64,000 bases of DNA from an uncultured Chloroflexia bacterium (GCA_963736025.1 CAVTNH010000002.1:595351-659350); one strand, 5' to 3'. Counted from the first letter of the stretch, positions 37,956 to 48,857 are shown. The notes: a model not told the origin generated them from the sequence alone. Made by a program: numbers and translations.

Positions 37956-39106
37956 CGCAGGCCGCCGCGGCTCCCGCGATCGAGCTGATCAATGTCACCA
38001 AGCGCTATGGCGGTGCCGTGGCGCTCGATGGCATCTCGCTCCAGATCGAGGCCGGAGAGTTCTTCTGCCTGCTCGGACCGTCCGGCTGCGGGAAGACGAC
38101 CACCCTCAATCTGATCGGCGGGTTCATCCCGCTCACGTCGGGGGAGCTCCGGATCAAGGGTCAGCGGGTCGACGACCTGCCGCCCCACCGGCGAGACGTC
38201 AACACGGTCTTCCAGAACTACGCGCTGTTCCCCCACATGTCGGTCGCCGACAACGTGGCGTTCGGCCTGCGGATGGAGCGGCTGGGCGACGGAGAGGTCG
38301 CTCAGCGCGTGGGCGAATACCTCGACCTGGTCGGCCTTGCCGCCTATCGGGACCGGTACCCGGGGCAGCTCTCAGGGGGACAGGCCCAGCGCGTGGCACT
38401 GGCCCGTGCGCTAGCCAAGCGACCGGCCGTGCTGCTGCTCGACGAGCCGCTCGGGGCGCTGGACCTCAAGCTCCGCAAGTACATGCAGGTCGAGCTCTCG
38501 CGCATCCACCGCCAGGTCGGCACGACCTTCGTGTTCGTGACGCACGACCAGGAGGAGGCGCTCTCCATGGCGACGCGGATCGCGGTGATGGCGAACGGGC
38601 ACGTCCGCCAGATCGGATCGCCGCGCGAGATCTACCAGGGACCGGTCGATCGGTTCGTCGCGGACTTCATCGGCGAATCGAACTTCCTCGAAGGTCGCCA
38701 CACCGAGGATGGCGGCACGGCCGGGTTCCAGCTGCGCAACGGGACGATCGTCGCGACACCAGGGAACGTCGGAACGTCGCGCAACGGCCACGACGCCCTG
38801 ATGATCCGACCCGAATCCGTCGGCGTCGGACACCGCGCCCCGGCCGGCGCGTCGTCCATGGTCGTGATCGGGGGTCGGGCGACCGATGTGGCATTCATGG
38901 GCAATCACACCAGGATCACGGTCCAGACCGACGCCGGGATCCTTGTCGCGCTTCGGTTCCATGGCGAGTCGGACGAGCAGAGTGTGGAGGAGGAGATGTT
39001 GGATCGAGAGGTGCACGTTTGGTGGGATCCGCGCGAGTCAACGGTCGTCACCACCGGCGAACCACACGGATCGGACGAAGAGTCTGGAGGAGGTCCTGAG
39101 GCATGA
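37952..39106 (+). CDS. ABC transporter ATP-binding protein (PotA/MalK-like, with a C-terminal regulatory/TOBE-like region)
   Basis: GPSGCGKTT, LSGGQAQRVALARAL, LLLDEP. Confidence 0.9.
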   Translation: MTQAAAAPAIELINVTKRYGGAVALDGISLQIEAGEFFCLLGPSGCGKTTTLNLIGGFIPLTSGELRIKGQRVDDLPPHRRDVNTVFQNYALFPHMSVADNVAFGLRMERLGDGEVAQRVGEYLDLVGLAAYRDRYPGQLSGGQAQRVALARALAKRPAVLLLDEPLGALDLKLRKYMQVELSRIHRQVGTTFVFVTHDQEEALSMATRIAVMANGHVRQIGSPREIYQGPVDRFVADFIGESNFLEGRHTEDGGTAGFQLRNGTIVATPGNVGTSRNGHDALMIRPESVGVGHRAPAGASSMVVIGGRATDVAFMGNHTRITVQTDAGILVALRFHGESDEQSVEEEMLDREVHVWWDPRESTVVTTGEPHGSDEESGGGPEA

Positions 39107-40221
39107 GTACTCTCGACAATCAGCTGTCGCGGCGACGGTTTCTGCAGGCATCTGCGGCCGTCGGGGCCGCCGTCTCGCTCGGCGGCATCACGGTCGCCTG
39201 CAATGCCCTCGGCCAGGCCTCGCCCCAGGGTGGGACGTTCAACTGGATGACCTGGGGCGACCACTACATCGACACCCAGCTGAAGGCCATCGAGGCCTCC
39301 GACAAGATCGTCCCCCAGATCAGCGAGCTCGCGGGCAACGCGGAAGGGTTCGCCAAGCTCAAGGAGGTCAAGGGAGAGCTCGACCAGATCTCGGGCGACG
39401 CCCTGTGGGTGCCCGATGCCTACTACGCCGAGGGGCTCATCGAGCCGTTCGACATCAACGAGCTCAAGGTCTCCTCGCAGCTGTATTCGTTCGCGCGGAC
39501 GTTCCCTATCTGGACGAAGCCCGAGGGCTACCTCGGCTACCCGTTCGGCTGGTCCCCGATCAGCATCTACTACAACGTCGCCCAGGTGTCCCCGGCGCCT
39601 GACTCCTGGGCCGTGCTCCTGGACCCGAAGTACAAGGGCCGCATCGTCATCGAGAACCAGCCCGAAGAGATCGTCGCCTACATGGGCAAGGCCGCCGGCA
39701 TCGACGACGTCTACAACATGACCGACGCCCAGCTCGCGACCGTCAAGGGGCTCCTCGAGCAGCTGAAGCCGAACGTCCTGAAGTTCGCCCAGCAGGCCAC
39801 CGACAGCGTCAACTCGATGATCAGCGAGGAGGCGTGGCTCATCACCGGCAACCTCGGCAACGAGGACCGGGTCAAGGACGGCGGAGGACCGGAGATCAAG
39901 GGGTTCATCCCGAAGGAAGGCACCGTCGGCTGGATGGACGCCGAGATGATCGTCAAGGAAGGCAAGAACAAGTCCCTGCTCTTCCCCTTCATGGAGAAGT
40001 CCCAGCAGGCCGCCAACATCGCCGAGAACTTCATCACCCACGGCCGCCCGCTCTTCAACGAGGCGGCCTACAAGGTCCTCGTCGACAAGGGCGAGGGGGA
40101 CCGCGCCGACCGATACCTGTACAACAAGGCCGAGGAGACGCTCGCCAAGACGACCTTGAAGGGTCCCGGAACCTCGACGGAGAAGTCGATCCAGCTCTTC
40201 AACGAAGTCTTCGGAGCCTAG
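39103..40221 (+). CDS. PotD/PotF-like extracellular solute-binding lipoprotein with a Tat-type signal
   Basis: SRRRFLQASAAVGAAVSLGGITVAC (twin-Arg plus lipobox). The fold resembles polyamine/opine-type binding proteins. Confidence 0.8.
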   Translation: MSTLDNQLSRRRFLQASAAVGAAVSLGGITVACNALGQASPQGGTFNWMTWGDHYIDTQLKAIEASDKIVPQISELAGNAEGFAKLKEVKGELDQISGDALWVPDAYYAEGLIEPFDINELKVSSQLYSFARTFPIWTKPEGYLGYPFGWSPISIYYNVAQVSPAPDSWAVLLDPKYKGRIVIENQPEEIVAYMGKAAGIDDVYNMTDAQLATVKGLLEQLKPNVLKFAQQATDSVNSMISEEAWLITGNLGNEDRVKDGGGPEIKGFIPKEGTVGWMDAEMIVKEGKNKSLLFPFMEKSQQAANIAENFITHGRPLFNEAAYKVLVDKGEGDRADRYLYNKAEETLAKTTLKGPGTSTEKSIQLFNEVFGA

Positions 40222-40231
40222 TTCGCCGCCC

Positions 40232-41149
40232 ATGGCGACCGAGATCGCCGGCGGGACCGCCCTGGTCCCGCCGGCGGCGATCGGCGGGACGCGGGGGGCC
40301 CGTCTTCGTCAGCTCGCGCCGTTCCTTCCGGCGATGGTCATCATCGTCGGCCTGTTCTTCGTGCCCCTCTCGATGATGTTCGTCTTCTCGATGTGGTCGA
40401 CGGACGAGAACCTCGACGTCATCCCCGTCTGGAGCCTGGAGAACTACCAGAACTTCTTCACGAACCCGACGTACGTTCGGACGCTCCTGAAGACGATGGC
40501 GATCGGGGCGGGGGTCACGGTCGTCTGCCTCGTCGTGGCGTTCGTCATCGCGTACTTCCTCGCCCGCTACGTCTCGCGACGCTGGGCCCGGATCGCCCTG
40601 CTCGTCATCATCGTCCCGTTCTGGACGAGCTACCTCCTCCGCGTGTATTCGTGGCAGGCCATCCTGGGCGAGCACGGCGCGCTCAACCAGGTCCTCGTGG
40701 GCCTCGGGATCCTGCCGGAACCGTCGCTGCTCTTCGCCTATAACGACTTCGGGACGTTCCTGGTGCTGACGTACCTGTACATCCCGTTCGCCGCGCTGGT
40801 CCTGTATGCCTCCCTCGAGCGCTTCGATTTCACGCAGCTCACGGCGGCCCAGGACCTCGGGGCCGGGGCGGTCGCGGCCTTCCGGCACATCCTGTTGCCG
40901 CAGATCAGACCCGGCCTCATCACCGCGTGCATCTTCGTCTTCATCCCGATCCTGGGCGAGTTCCTGACCCCCTCGATGGTGGGCGGCGCGCAGGGGCTCC
41001 TGATCGCCAACCTGCTCGCGAACTTCTTCAAGAACGCCCTGATCCCTGAGGGCGCGGCGGTCGGGTTCCTGATCGCGGCGTTCGTCACGATCCTGCTGAT
41101 CCTGTTCCGCAAGTACCTGCGGGTCGAGGACGTGGTCGTCCGTGGCTAG
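40232..41149 (+). CDS. ABC transporter permease (PotB-like)
   Basis: Six hydrophobic segments, and an EAA-like loop AAQDLGAGAVAAFRHILLP. Confidence 0.85.
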   Translation: MATEIAGGTALVPPAAIGGTRGARLRQLAPFLPAMVIIVGLFFVPLSMMFVFSMWSTDENLDVIPVWSLENYQNFFTNPTYVRTLLKTMAIGAGVTVVCLVVAFVIAYFLARYVSRRWARIALLVIIVPFWTSYLLRVYSWQAILGEHGALNQVLVGLGILPEPSLLFAYNDFGTFLVLTYLYIPFAALVLYASLERFDFTQLTAAQDLGAGAVAAFRHILLPQIRPGLITACIFVFIPILGEFLTPSMVGGAQGLLIANLLANFFKNALIPEGAAVGFLIAAFVTILLILFRKYLRVEDVVVRG

Positions 41150-42002
41150 GCGCGTCGATCCGCTCGAGACGATGCCCGTCAGCCCGTACGGGCGCGCCAT
41201 CCGCCGGGCGCTGCAGGTCGCGTTCGGGGCCCTGATCGTCTTCCTCTACCTGCCGGTCATCTTCATGATCGTCTTCTCCTTCGACGAGGGCGCGACCCCG
41301 GGCCTGCCGATCACGGGGTTCACGCTCCACTGGTACGAGGCGATGCTCAGCAACCGGGTCCTGATGCGGGCCGTCGGCAATTCGATCACGGTGGCGGTGA
41401 TCGTCGCGATCCTCGCAACGATCATCGGCACGATGGCCGCGTTCGTCCTGGTGCGCGCGCGGATCCGTTTCCCGAACGCCACTCGCATCGCCTTCACCCT
41501 TCCGATCATGGTCCCGGGCGTCCTGATCGGCGTGTCATTGCTGATCTACTTCGCGCGCGTGCTGTCCCTGCCCCTCTCGCTTGGGACCGTCGTGGCGGGC
41601 CACCTCGTCGTGACCGTCCCCTTCGTCGTGCTCATCGTGGCGAGCCGGCTGCAGGGCTTCGACCGGTCCCTGGAATGGGCGGCCGCGGACCTCGGAGCGT
41701 CGCCCCGTCGGGCCATCCGGCACATCGTGCTTCCGCTCATCGCCCCGGCGATCCTGGCCGGCGCGCTGATCAGCGTGACGCTCTCGATCGACGAGTTCGT
41801 CATCACGTGGTTCACGGTCGGCTCGCAGCCGACGCTGCCGACCTACATCTACACGCGGGTCAAGTTCGGCGTCACCCCGGAGGTCAACGCCGTGGCCACG
41901 GTCATGCTCGTCGTGACCCTCGGGACGCTCGGGCTCGCCGCGCTCGCCCTCGGTCGCGCCCGCCGATTGACGGGTCGTCGTCGACGACGGCAGGCCGGCT
42001 GA
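41142..42002 (+). CDS. ABC transporter permease (PotC-like)
   Basis: EAA loop AAADLGASPRRAIRHIVLP. Overlaps the upstream permease by 8 nt. Confidence 0.85.
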   Translation: MARRVDPLETMPVSPYGRAIRRALQVAFGALIVFLYLPVIFMIVFSFDEGATPGLPITGFTLHWYEAMLSNRVLMRAVGNSITVAVIVAILATIIGTMAAFVLVRARIRFPNATRIAFTLPIMVPGVLIGVSLLIYFARVLSLPLSLGTVVAGHLVVTVPFVVLIVASRLQGFDRSLEWAAADLGASPRRAIRHIVLPLIAPAILAGALISVTLSIDEFVITWFTVGSQPTLPTYIYTRVKFGVTPEVNAVATVMLVVTLGTLGLAALALGRARRLTGRRRRRQAG

Positions 42003-43033
42003 TGCAGGCCGCTGTCTTCAAGGGCTCGGGCGTCCTGGTCGTCGAGGACGTGCCGGAGCCCGTCGTCGAGACCGACGAGGACGTCGTCGTCGAGGTCGAG
42101 GCGTGCGGGATCTGCGGCAGCGACCTGCAGATCCTCAATGTCCCGCCCGGCCACCCGGCCGATCCGGGGGTGATCCTGGGGCACGAGTTCATCGGCCGCG
42201 TCCGCGCGCGCGGCGCGCGGGGCGACGCGCTCGCGATCGGCCAGCGGGTGGTCGTCGACCCCGATCCGAAGTGCGGCGTCTGCGGCCCGTGCCGGGCGGG
42301 ACGCCCGGCCAGCTGCGAGAACGTGCGGGCGCTCGGCGTGTTCCGCCATGGAGCTCTCGCGCCGCTGGTCAAGGCCCCGGCCGACGCCGTGTTCCCGCTG
42401 TCGGATGCCCCTTCACCAGCGATCGCGTCGCTCATCGAACCACTGGCGTGCGTCGTGAACGGCGTCAACAAGGCGAACCCGCGGCCCGGTGAGTCGGCGA
42501 TCATCTTCGGCGCCGGGGCGATCGGCTGCCTCTTCCTCGCGATGTTCAAGGCCGCGGGCGCGAACCCGGTCATCGTGGTGGAGCCGCAGGCCGGGCGGGC
42601 AGCCGTCGCGAGCGCGGTCGGGGCGGATGTCGTCGTCAGCCCGGACGAACTGGATGCACGACGGCGGGACCTCCTGCCCTACGGGGCGGATGTCATCGTC
42701 GACGCGGTGGGCACCCAGATGGCGTCGGCGATCGAGCATGCCGCCCTGGGCGGCCGGATCGTGCTCTTCGGCATGAACCAGACGGCGCGCCCGCCGATCC
42801 ACCAGTACACCATCACGGACCGCTCGCTGTCCGTCCTGGGCTCGTACGTGACCGCGTTCACGTTCCCGACGGCGATCCGGCTGGTCGAGGCCGGGTCGCT
42901 GCCCCTCGATCCGATCGTGACGCACGTCCTCCCGCTCGATCGCGTGCATGAGGGCCTCGACCTGCTTCGCTCGGGCGGTGCGACCAAGGTCGTCATCACG
43001 CCCGGCGAGGCGCCGGCCCGAGCCGCCCGGTGA
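42002..43033 (+). CDS. Zinc-binding medium-chain alcohol/polyol dehydrogenase (sorbitol/threonine-DH-like)
   Basis: ACGICGSDL, GHEFIG, CGVCGPC, GAGAIG. The ATG overlaps the upstream TGA (ATGA... TGATG context). Confidence 0.85.
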   Translation: MQAAVFKGSGVLVVEDVPEPVVETDEDVVVEVEACGICGSDLQILNVPPGHPADPGVILGHEFIGRVRARGARGDALAIGQRVVVDPDPKCGVCGPCRAGRPASCENVRALGVFRHGALAPLVKAPADAVFPLSDAPSPAIASLIEPLACVVNGVNKANPRPGESAIIFGAGAIGCLFLAMFKAAGANPVIVVEPQAGRAAVASAVGADVVVSPDELDARRRDLLPYGADVIVDAVGTQMASAIEHAALGGRIVLFGMNQTARPPIHQYTITDRSLSVLGSYVTAFTFPTAIRLVEAGSLPLDPIVTHVLPLDRVHEGLDLLRSGGATKVVITPGEAPARAAR

Positions 43034-43974
43034 CGGCCCGTTCCCTGGAACTCGGGATCTATACGGACTCGCTCAAGCACCTTGACTTCGAGGCCGCCCT
43101 CGATGTCGCGGCGGAGATCGGTGCGACGGGCATCGAGATCGCGACCGGCGGCCAATCCTCGGCTCCGCATCTTCGGATCGACGAGCTCCTCGGCGACGCA
43201 GCGAAGCGGAGCGAGTTCGCCGCGGCGTTCGAGCGCCGAGGCCTCCGGATCGCGGCACTCAACTGCTCGGCCTGGCCGCTCCACCCGGTCGTCGGCGACG
43301 AGCACGTGGCGCTCATCCGGTCGACGATCCGGCTGGCCGCGGAGCTGGGCGTCCGCAAGATCGTCTCGATGTCGGGCTGCCCGGGCGATGGCCCCGGAGG
43401 GTCGACGGTCAATTTCGCCTGGTACCCGTGGCCGGCGGACGCGGTCGCGATGCTCGAGCGACAGTGGGCCACGGCGATCGACCTGTGGCGGGACCTCGCC
43501 GAGGACGCCCGGAAGGCAGGGATCGAGCGGATCGCCTTCGAGCTCCACCCCCTGCATCTCGTCTACAACGTGCCCACGTTGCAGCGGATGCGCGACGCCG
43601 TCGGGCCGGTGATCGGGGCGAACCTCGATCCGTCGCACCTGTTCTGGCAACAGATGGACCCGTTGGCGGTCATCCGCGCGCTCGGACCGGCGGTCTATCA
43701 CGTGCACTTGAAGGACACGCAGCTCCTGCCCGACCAGGTGGCGATCGCGGGCGTCCTGGACCAGCGCCCGTTCGACGACCCGGCGAATCGGGCCTGGGTC
43801 TTCCGAACGGCGGGGAGCGTGCACGGCCCGGCGTTCTGGTCGGCGTTCGTGGCGGCGCTGCGGGAGGTCGGCTACGACGACGTGCTCGCGATCGAGAACG
43901 AGGACGCGGGGCTGACCCCGGAGGCCGCGGTGGAGCAAGCCGCGCGCTTCATGCGCTCGATCCTGGACGACTGA
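43030..43974 (+). CDS. Xylose-isomerase-like TIM-barrel protein (sugar-phosphate isomerase/epimerase)
   Basis: IEIATGG, FELHP, HVHLKD, AIENED. Confidence 0.8.
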   Translation: MTARSLELGIYTDSLKHLDFEAALDVAAEIGATGIEIATGGQSSAPHLRIDELLGDAAKRSEFAAAFERRGLRIAALNCSAWPLHPVVGDEHVALIRSTIRLAAELGVRKIVSMSGCPGDGPGGSTVNFAWYPWPADAVAMLERQWATAIDLWRDLAEDARKAGIERIAFELHPLHLVYNVPTLQRMRDAVGPVIGANLDPSHLFWQQMDPLAVIRALGPAVYHVHLKDTQLLPDQVAIAGVLDQRPFDDPANRAWVFRTAGSVHGPAFWSAFVAALREVGYDDVLAIENEDAGLTPEAAVEQAARFMRSILDD

Positions 43975-43990
43975 CGGGCCAGCCGCCTCC

Positions 43991-45181
43991 CTACCCCGCC
44001 GCGCTGACCGCCGTCCGTTCCCCGCTTCGGGCCGCCGCATAGAGGGCGTCGATCACGGCGTTCGCGCGCACGCCATCCTCGAAGTCGGCGTGCGTCGGCC
44101 GGCCCTCGGCGATCGCCGACAGGAACTCGGCCCACATCGCGCACTCCTGGCCGAGAAAGCCGATCGACGTCCCGTCCGTCCCGGCGATCAGCAGCTCCGT
44201 GGCGCCTGGATGGGTCGGGTTGACCAGGACGCGACGGTACCCGAACGTCGACGGGTCACCCGGCAGGCAGACGTGGAATTCGTCCGGGCGCTCGAGGTCC
44301 CAGGCCGCCGAGCCCAGCGACCCGAAGATCTCGAGCCGCAGGGCGATGCGTCGGCCGATCGTCACCCGGCTGGTCTCGAGCACGCCGTACGCGCCATTCG
44401 AGAACGAGAGGAGCGCGGCCGCGGCATCTTCGACGTCGACCGGCTTGCGGGCCCCGCCGCCGGAGCCGGTGCCGCCTCCCCGGTTGCCGATCGCGTCGGC
44501 CGCCGGGAGCGGCCGTTCCGTGACGAACGTCGAGGTCAGGCCCTGCACCTCGGTGATCTCCCCGACCAGGAAGCGCAGGCAATCGACGAGGTGGTACCCG
44601 GTGTCGATGGCGATCCCTCCGCCGGCGAGGGACCGCTGGAAGCGCCACAGGAGCGGCACGTCCGGATCGGCGGCATAGTCGAGCATGAACGAGGCCCCGG
44701 CGCTCCTGACGTCACCCAGATCGCCTCGCTCGATCAGGGCCCCGATCGCCCGCACGGCCGGGTTCCACCGGTAGGCGGCGGCGAGTCCGTGGAACACGCC
44801 CGCCCCGCGACAGGCGTCAAGGAGCTCGTCCGCCACCTCCGCGGATTCGGCAAGGGGCTTCTCGCAGACCACGTGCTTCCCGGCCGCGGCGGCGGCCAGC
44901 ACCACCTCGCGATTGAGGATCGGTGGCAGGCAGGCGACGATCAGGTCGACGTCGGGCGCCTCCACGACGCGACGCCAGTCGCGATCGACGCGCTCATAGC
45001 CGAACCGATCCGCCAGACGCGTCGCGAGCGTCTCGTTGACGTCCGTGACCGCGACCAGCCGCGCCCGAAGCGGCAATGCGGGATACAGGGGCCCGATGAG
45101 CCCCAGGGCGGCGCTGTGCACTCCGGCCATGGTCCCGGCGCCGACCATGGCGACGCGGATCGGTGACGCGCGACCGGTCAT
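43991..45181 (-). CDS. Gfo/Idh/MocA-family oxidoreductase
   Basis: VAMVGAGTMAGVH, EKPLA. Confidence 0.85.
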   Translation of the reverse strand: MTGRASPIRVAMVGAGTMAGVHSAALGLIGPLYPALPLRARLVAVTDVNETLATRLADRFGYERVDRDWRRVVEAPDVDLIVACLPPILNREVVLAAAAAGKHVVCEKPLAESAEVADELLDACRGAGVFHGLAAAYRWNPAVRAIGALIERGDLGDVRSAGASFMLDYAADPDVPLLWRFQRSLAGGGIAIDTGYHLVDCLRFLVGEITEVQGLTSTFVTERPLPAADAIGNRGGGTGSGGGARKPVDVEDAAAALLSFSNGAYGVLETSRVTIGRRIALRLEIFGSLGSAAWDLERPDEFHVCLPGDPSTFGYRRVLVNPTHPGATELLIAGTDGTSIGFLGQECAMWAEFLSAIAEGRPTHADFEDGVRANAVIDALYAAARSGERTAVSAAG

Positions 45182-45222
45182 GTCCCGGCGGTGGCCTCAG
45201 GAGCCATCCTGTCGGCTGACCG

Positions 45223-46563
45223 TCAGGCCGGGACCGGCGCCGGGGATCCGATGGCGTCGCTCAACCGCTCGGGATCCGCGAGGACCTCACGGATCGTGTC
45301 CGCGTAGGCCTCGATGACCTCGACGGGCTGGACGAAGATCGGGTGCCGCATGTCGCAGATCACCAGCGACGAGTCGAGCAGCGCGGTCGCCTCGGGGAAG
45401 TCCGCGACATCGTAGGTGACGTCCCGACCGGCCGGCGGCTGCGTCCACGGGAACAGCCCGCCGAAGCCTTCCCGGTTCTGGAAGATCGGGAAGGCCGGCG
45501 CGGGCTCCGTGTGCCATAGCTCGACGCCCACGCCGAGCCCGAGCAGCGTCTTGCCGAGCGTGTCCCGGAACGCGGTCCGTTCGACGTGACCGAGACCGAG
45601 CGCCTCAGGGTCGAGGCGGACCCGGTACTCGTAGTAGCTGGATGTCCGGTCGTCGGGGACGTGCGGCGGAATGATCCCGGGCACGCCCGTCAGCCGCTCG
45701 GTCAGGATGGCCGCATTGCGCTGGGCGGTGGCGACGTACTCCGGCAGGCGCTTGAGCTGCGAGCGCGCGAGCGCCGCCGGCATCTCCTGGTGCCGGTAGT
45801 TCCAACCGACGGAGTGGACGGTGTACGGCCGGAAGTTCCAGCCGGTCAGGCGCCCCAGCTCCGGGATGTCCTCGCCGAACGTCCGCAGCCGGCGTGCCCG
45901 GTGGATGATGTCCGGGTCGTCCGCCACGAACAGTCCGCCTTCACCGCCGGTCAGGATCTTGCTGGAGTTGAGGCTGTAGCAGCCGACCGTGCCAAGCGAC
46001 CCGACCTGACGGCCGCGATAGGTGGCGCCGTGCGCCTGGCACGCGTCCTCGATGACGTAGAGCCCGTGGCGACCGGCGATCTCGAGGATCTCGTCCATGT
46101 CGCACGGCATGCCCTGGATATGGACGGCGATGATCGCCCGGGTCCGCGGCCCGATCTTGGCCTCGATCTGACGGGCATCGAGGGTGTAGGTTCGCGGGTC
46201 GATGTCGACGAAGACCGGGATCCCCAGCTGCTGGAGGATCGGCTGCCACGTCCCGGCGAACGTGAACGACGTCGTGATGACCTCGTCACCCGGCCGCAGA
46301 TCGATGCCGTAGAGGGCCGCATGGATCGCCGCCGTCCCCGAGTTGAACAGCAGGCCGGTGGAGCGGCCGACGAAGGCGGCCCACTCGTTCTCGAGGGCCG
46401 TCGATTCCGGGGCGCCGACGCCGCCGAGGATCCCTCGCTCGAGCACGGCGAGGACCGCGGCACTGTCTTCCGGCCGGAGGTCGGGCCAGATGCGCTTCTG
46501 GTCCTCGGGGATCCTGGGATGGGCGTGGGAATCCATGGCTGTCGGTCCGTTCTGGTGCGGCAT
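45223..46563 (-). CDS. DegT/DnrJ/EryC1/StrS-family PLP-dependent aminotransferase (copy 2)
   Basis: TSFTFAGT, DACQAHG, SLNSSKILTGGEGG. ATG at 46563 was chosen, but the start is uncertain. Confidence 0.8.
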   Translation of the reverse strand: MPHQNGPTAMDSHAHPRIPEDQKRIWPDLRPEDSAAVLAVLERGILGGVGAPESTALENEWAAFVGRSTGLLFNSGTAAIHAALYGIDLRPGDEVITTSFTFAGTWQPILQQLGIPVFVDIDPRTYTLDARQIEAKIGPRTRAIIAVHIQGMPCDMDEILEIAGRHGLYVIEDACQAHGATYRGRQVGSLGTVGCYSLNSSKILTGGEGGLFVADDPDIIHRARRLRTFGEDIPELGRLTGWNFRPYTVHSVGWNYRHQEMPAALARSQLKRLPEYVATAQRNAAILTERLTGVPGIIPPHVPDDRTSSYYEYRVRLDPEALGLGHVERTAFRDTLGKTLLGLGVGVELWHTEPAPAFPIFQNREGFGGLFPWTQPPAGRDVTYDVADFPEATALLDSSLVICDMRHPIFVQPVEVIEAYADTIREVLADPERLSDAIGSPAPVPA

Positions 46564-46632
46564 GTCGGCCGCTCGATCGTACAGGAACAAGCTCCGCTCG
46601 AAGGGGCTTGTCGCGCCGGCCAGACCGGGCCG

Positions 46633-47605
46633 TCAGGACGGGGGCCGCACCAGTGGCACGCGAGGGTCCGGAGCCTCCGACAGCCAGGCGTCGCGGACGT
46701 GGTCGAGCGTGGGATCGAACGAGCAGGCCATCGTCCGGCGGTCGCCGGCCAGCGCATTCAGGTAGTAGCGCGTCGTCGGCGTCGGTGGCCACGAACGGGT
46801 GGTATCCGTCGGTCACCACGACCACCTCCCCGCCCCGCACCGCCCAGGTCGCATCCCGTGCCGGGCCGAGCGGGCTGCCCGATGGCCGGTACACCCGCTG
46901 CATCGCCCACGCCTCCGGCCGTCGGAACCCGTACAGGTAGATCTCCTCGAGGACCGCCTCGGTCGGCATGTCGTCGACGTCGTGCTTGTGCGGCGGCCAG
47001 CTCGACCAGTTGCCGGCCGGCGTCAGGACCTCGACGACGAGCAGCCGGTCGGCGGGGAACTCGGGCGCGATCACGTGATTGATCTGACGCGTCGACCGGC
47101 CCGCCCCGCGGATCTCCACGCGCACGTCACCCGGCAGGATCGTGATCGGCACATCATCGACGGCGACGGCACGGACGCGTGGCGCCTCGGCGATCGCGAT
47201 TCGGACTCGGCCGCCGTCAACGGCGGGTCGCGCCTCGACCCAGGAGGACCGGTGGATCGGCGGTTCGATGACGTCGTCATGAACAGCCCCGACCGGCAGG
47301 TAGACGGCCGAAGGCAGATCGTCGAACAGCGAGAGTCGCCCAGGGAGCTCGACCTGGGTGTCGCCATGGGCAGAACGGACGACGGCGCCACCGCCATCGA
47401 GAACCACGACGCACGCCTCGTGATCGGGTCGGCCGAAGGCGAGCCGCTGACCTGCCTCGAGCACCGCCGTCCGGAACGTCAGGTACCGCCACCCAGCCTC
47501 TGCCGGGTCGATGAACACCGACCCCTCAGGACCGGGCCGCAATCGAAGCCGATCGGGTGGCAGGTCGTTCGGTGGGGCGCTCGGGTGGATCGTCGGATCG
47601 GTCAT
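46633..47605 (-). pseudogene. iolB: 5-deoxy-glucuronate isomerase with a frame break near the 3' end
   Basis: …EVLTPAGNWSSWPPHKHD…EEIYLY…DGYHPFVA is in the frame from ATG 47605. The conserved YYLNALAGDRRTMACSFDPTLDHVRDAWL…* is in another frame and ends at 46633. The break is at about 46770-46792. Confidence 0.8.
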
Positions 47606-48721
47606 CCGGCGGGACGGATGTCCGGGTTCGGGACCATGGCGTCGGTGACCTGGTGGAGCAGTTCGTGGTACGACCCGACGAAGGCCCGGAGGGTCCGTGC
47701 GCTCGGACCGAACGTGTCGAACTCCTCGGGCGTCAGCCCGTCGGGCTCGTAGCGCCCGGACGAAGTCCGGGAACCGCGCCCGAAGCTCGTCGACGATGGC
47801 CGGGTCGACCGGGTCGTCCATCCGGGGCCGGACCTCGACGGACGACGCGTTGAACCGACGCTGCCAGGAGGCCGGCAAGGTGATGACGACGTCGCCACCG
47901 ATCAGCTCCGACCAGTGGAGATGGTGGCGGATCGCCGCCCCCAGGGGCCGCGCCCGAAGGCCGCGTGCCCGGAATTCGGCGACGGTGCGCTTGAAGACCG
48001 CGACACCGGACCAGGGGATGGCCGTCGGGTCGGCGACGATGCCGTCGCGCTCGGATTGGACGCGAAGCCAGTCCTCCAGGCGACCCATCATGACCGTGAT
48101 GACCGGTCCCATGTCGTCGACCGGCAGACCCGCGGACTCCCGTCGTCGAAGCCCGCGCTCGACGGCCTCGCCGGCCGCGACGGCCTGCGCGACGCTGAAT
48201 GACACGGTCGCGTTGACGTTCACCCCCCGAAAGGTCGCCTCCTCCATCACCCGGACGCCGACCGTGGTCGCGGGGAACTTGACGATGATGTTCGGGGCGA
48301 GGGCCGCAAAGTGCTCCCCTTGGGCGAGCATCGGGTCGTAGGAGCGGAAGAGGGTCGGGTCGGTCTGCATCGAGAGGCGGCCCTGGCGGCCGGCCGACGC
48401 TTCGAAAGCCGGCATGAGCAGCGGCGCCGCACGAAGCGACATCTCCTCGACGACGGCCCAGGCGAGGTCGATCTCGGTGGCGGCCGGACGCTCCTCGGCG
48501 ATGGCGCGGATCCGACCGCGCCAAAGGGCCGGGTCGGCCTTCCAGACGTCGGCCACGATCGTCGGGTTGGCGGTCGCCCCGACCGCCCCGAACGAGATCG
48601 CGTACTCGAGCTCGTCGACCGCGCAGGAATCGTTCCAGATGTCCGTGGCTGTGGTCGCGATCGTCCGCCCGAGCGGCGTGTCGGCCAGCGGGGGTGCGGG
48701 CGGTCTCGCGATCGTCGCCAT
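47602..48721 (-). pseudogene. Transaldolase-family (TalC/FSA-like) protein with a frame break near the 3' end
   Basis: ATG 48721 has GGAGG 7 nt upstream. TDIWNDSC…GATANPTIV…IVKFPAT… runs to …FPDFVRA. YEPDGLTPEEFDTFGPSARTLRAFVGSYHELL…* then follows in the frame of ORF 47602-47898. The break is at about 47750-47758. The stop overlaps the iolB ATG (ATGA). Confidence 0.8.
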
Positions 48722-48857
48722 CGTGTCGCCTCCAGCCGGAATGGGCGGGTTCGCCGCAGGTCTCGAAACGGTCGCCGACGGGTCTGTTCGACCGATCCGA
48801 TCCCGGAACCGATCCGTTGACAGCACGCGCCGCCATGCTACCCTTCCGCCACCCAAG

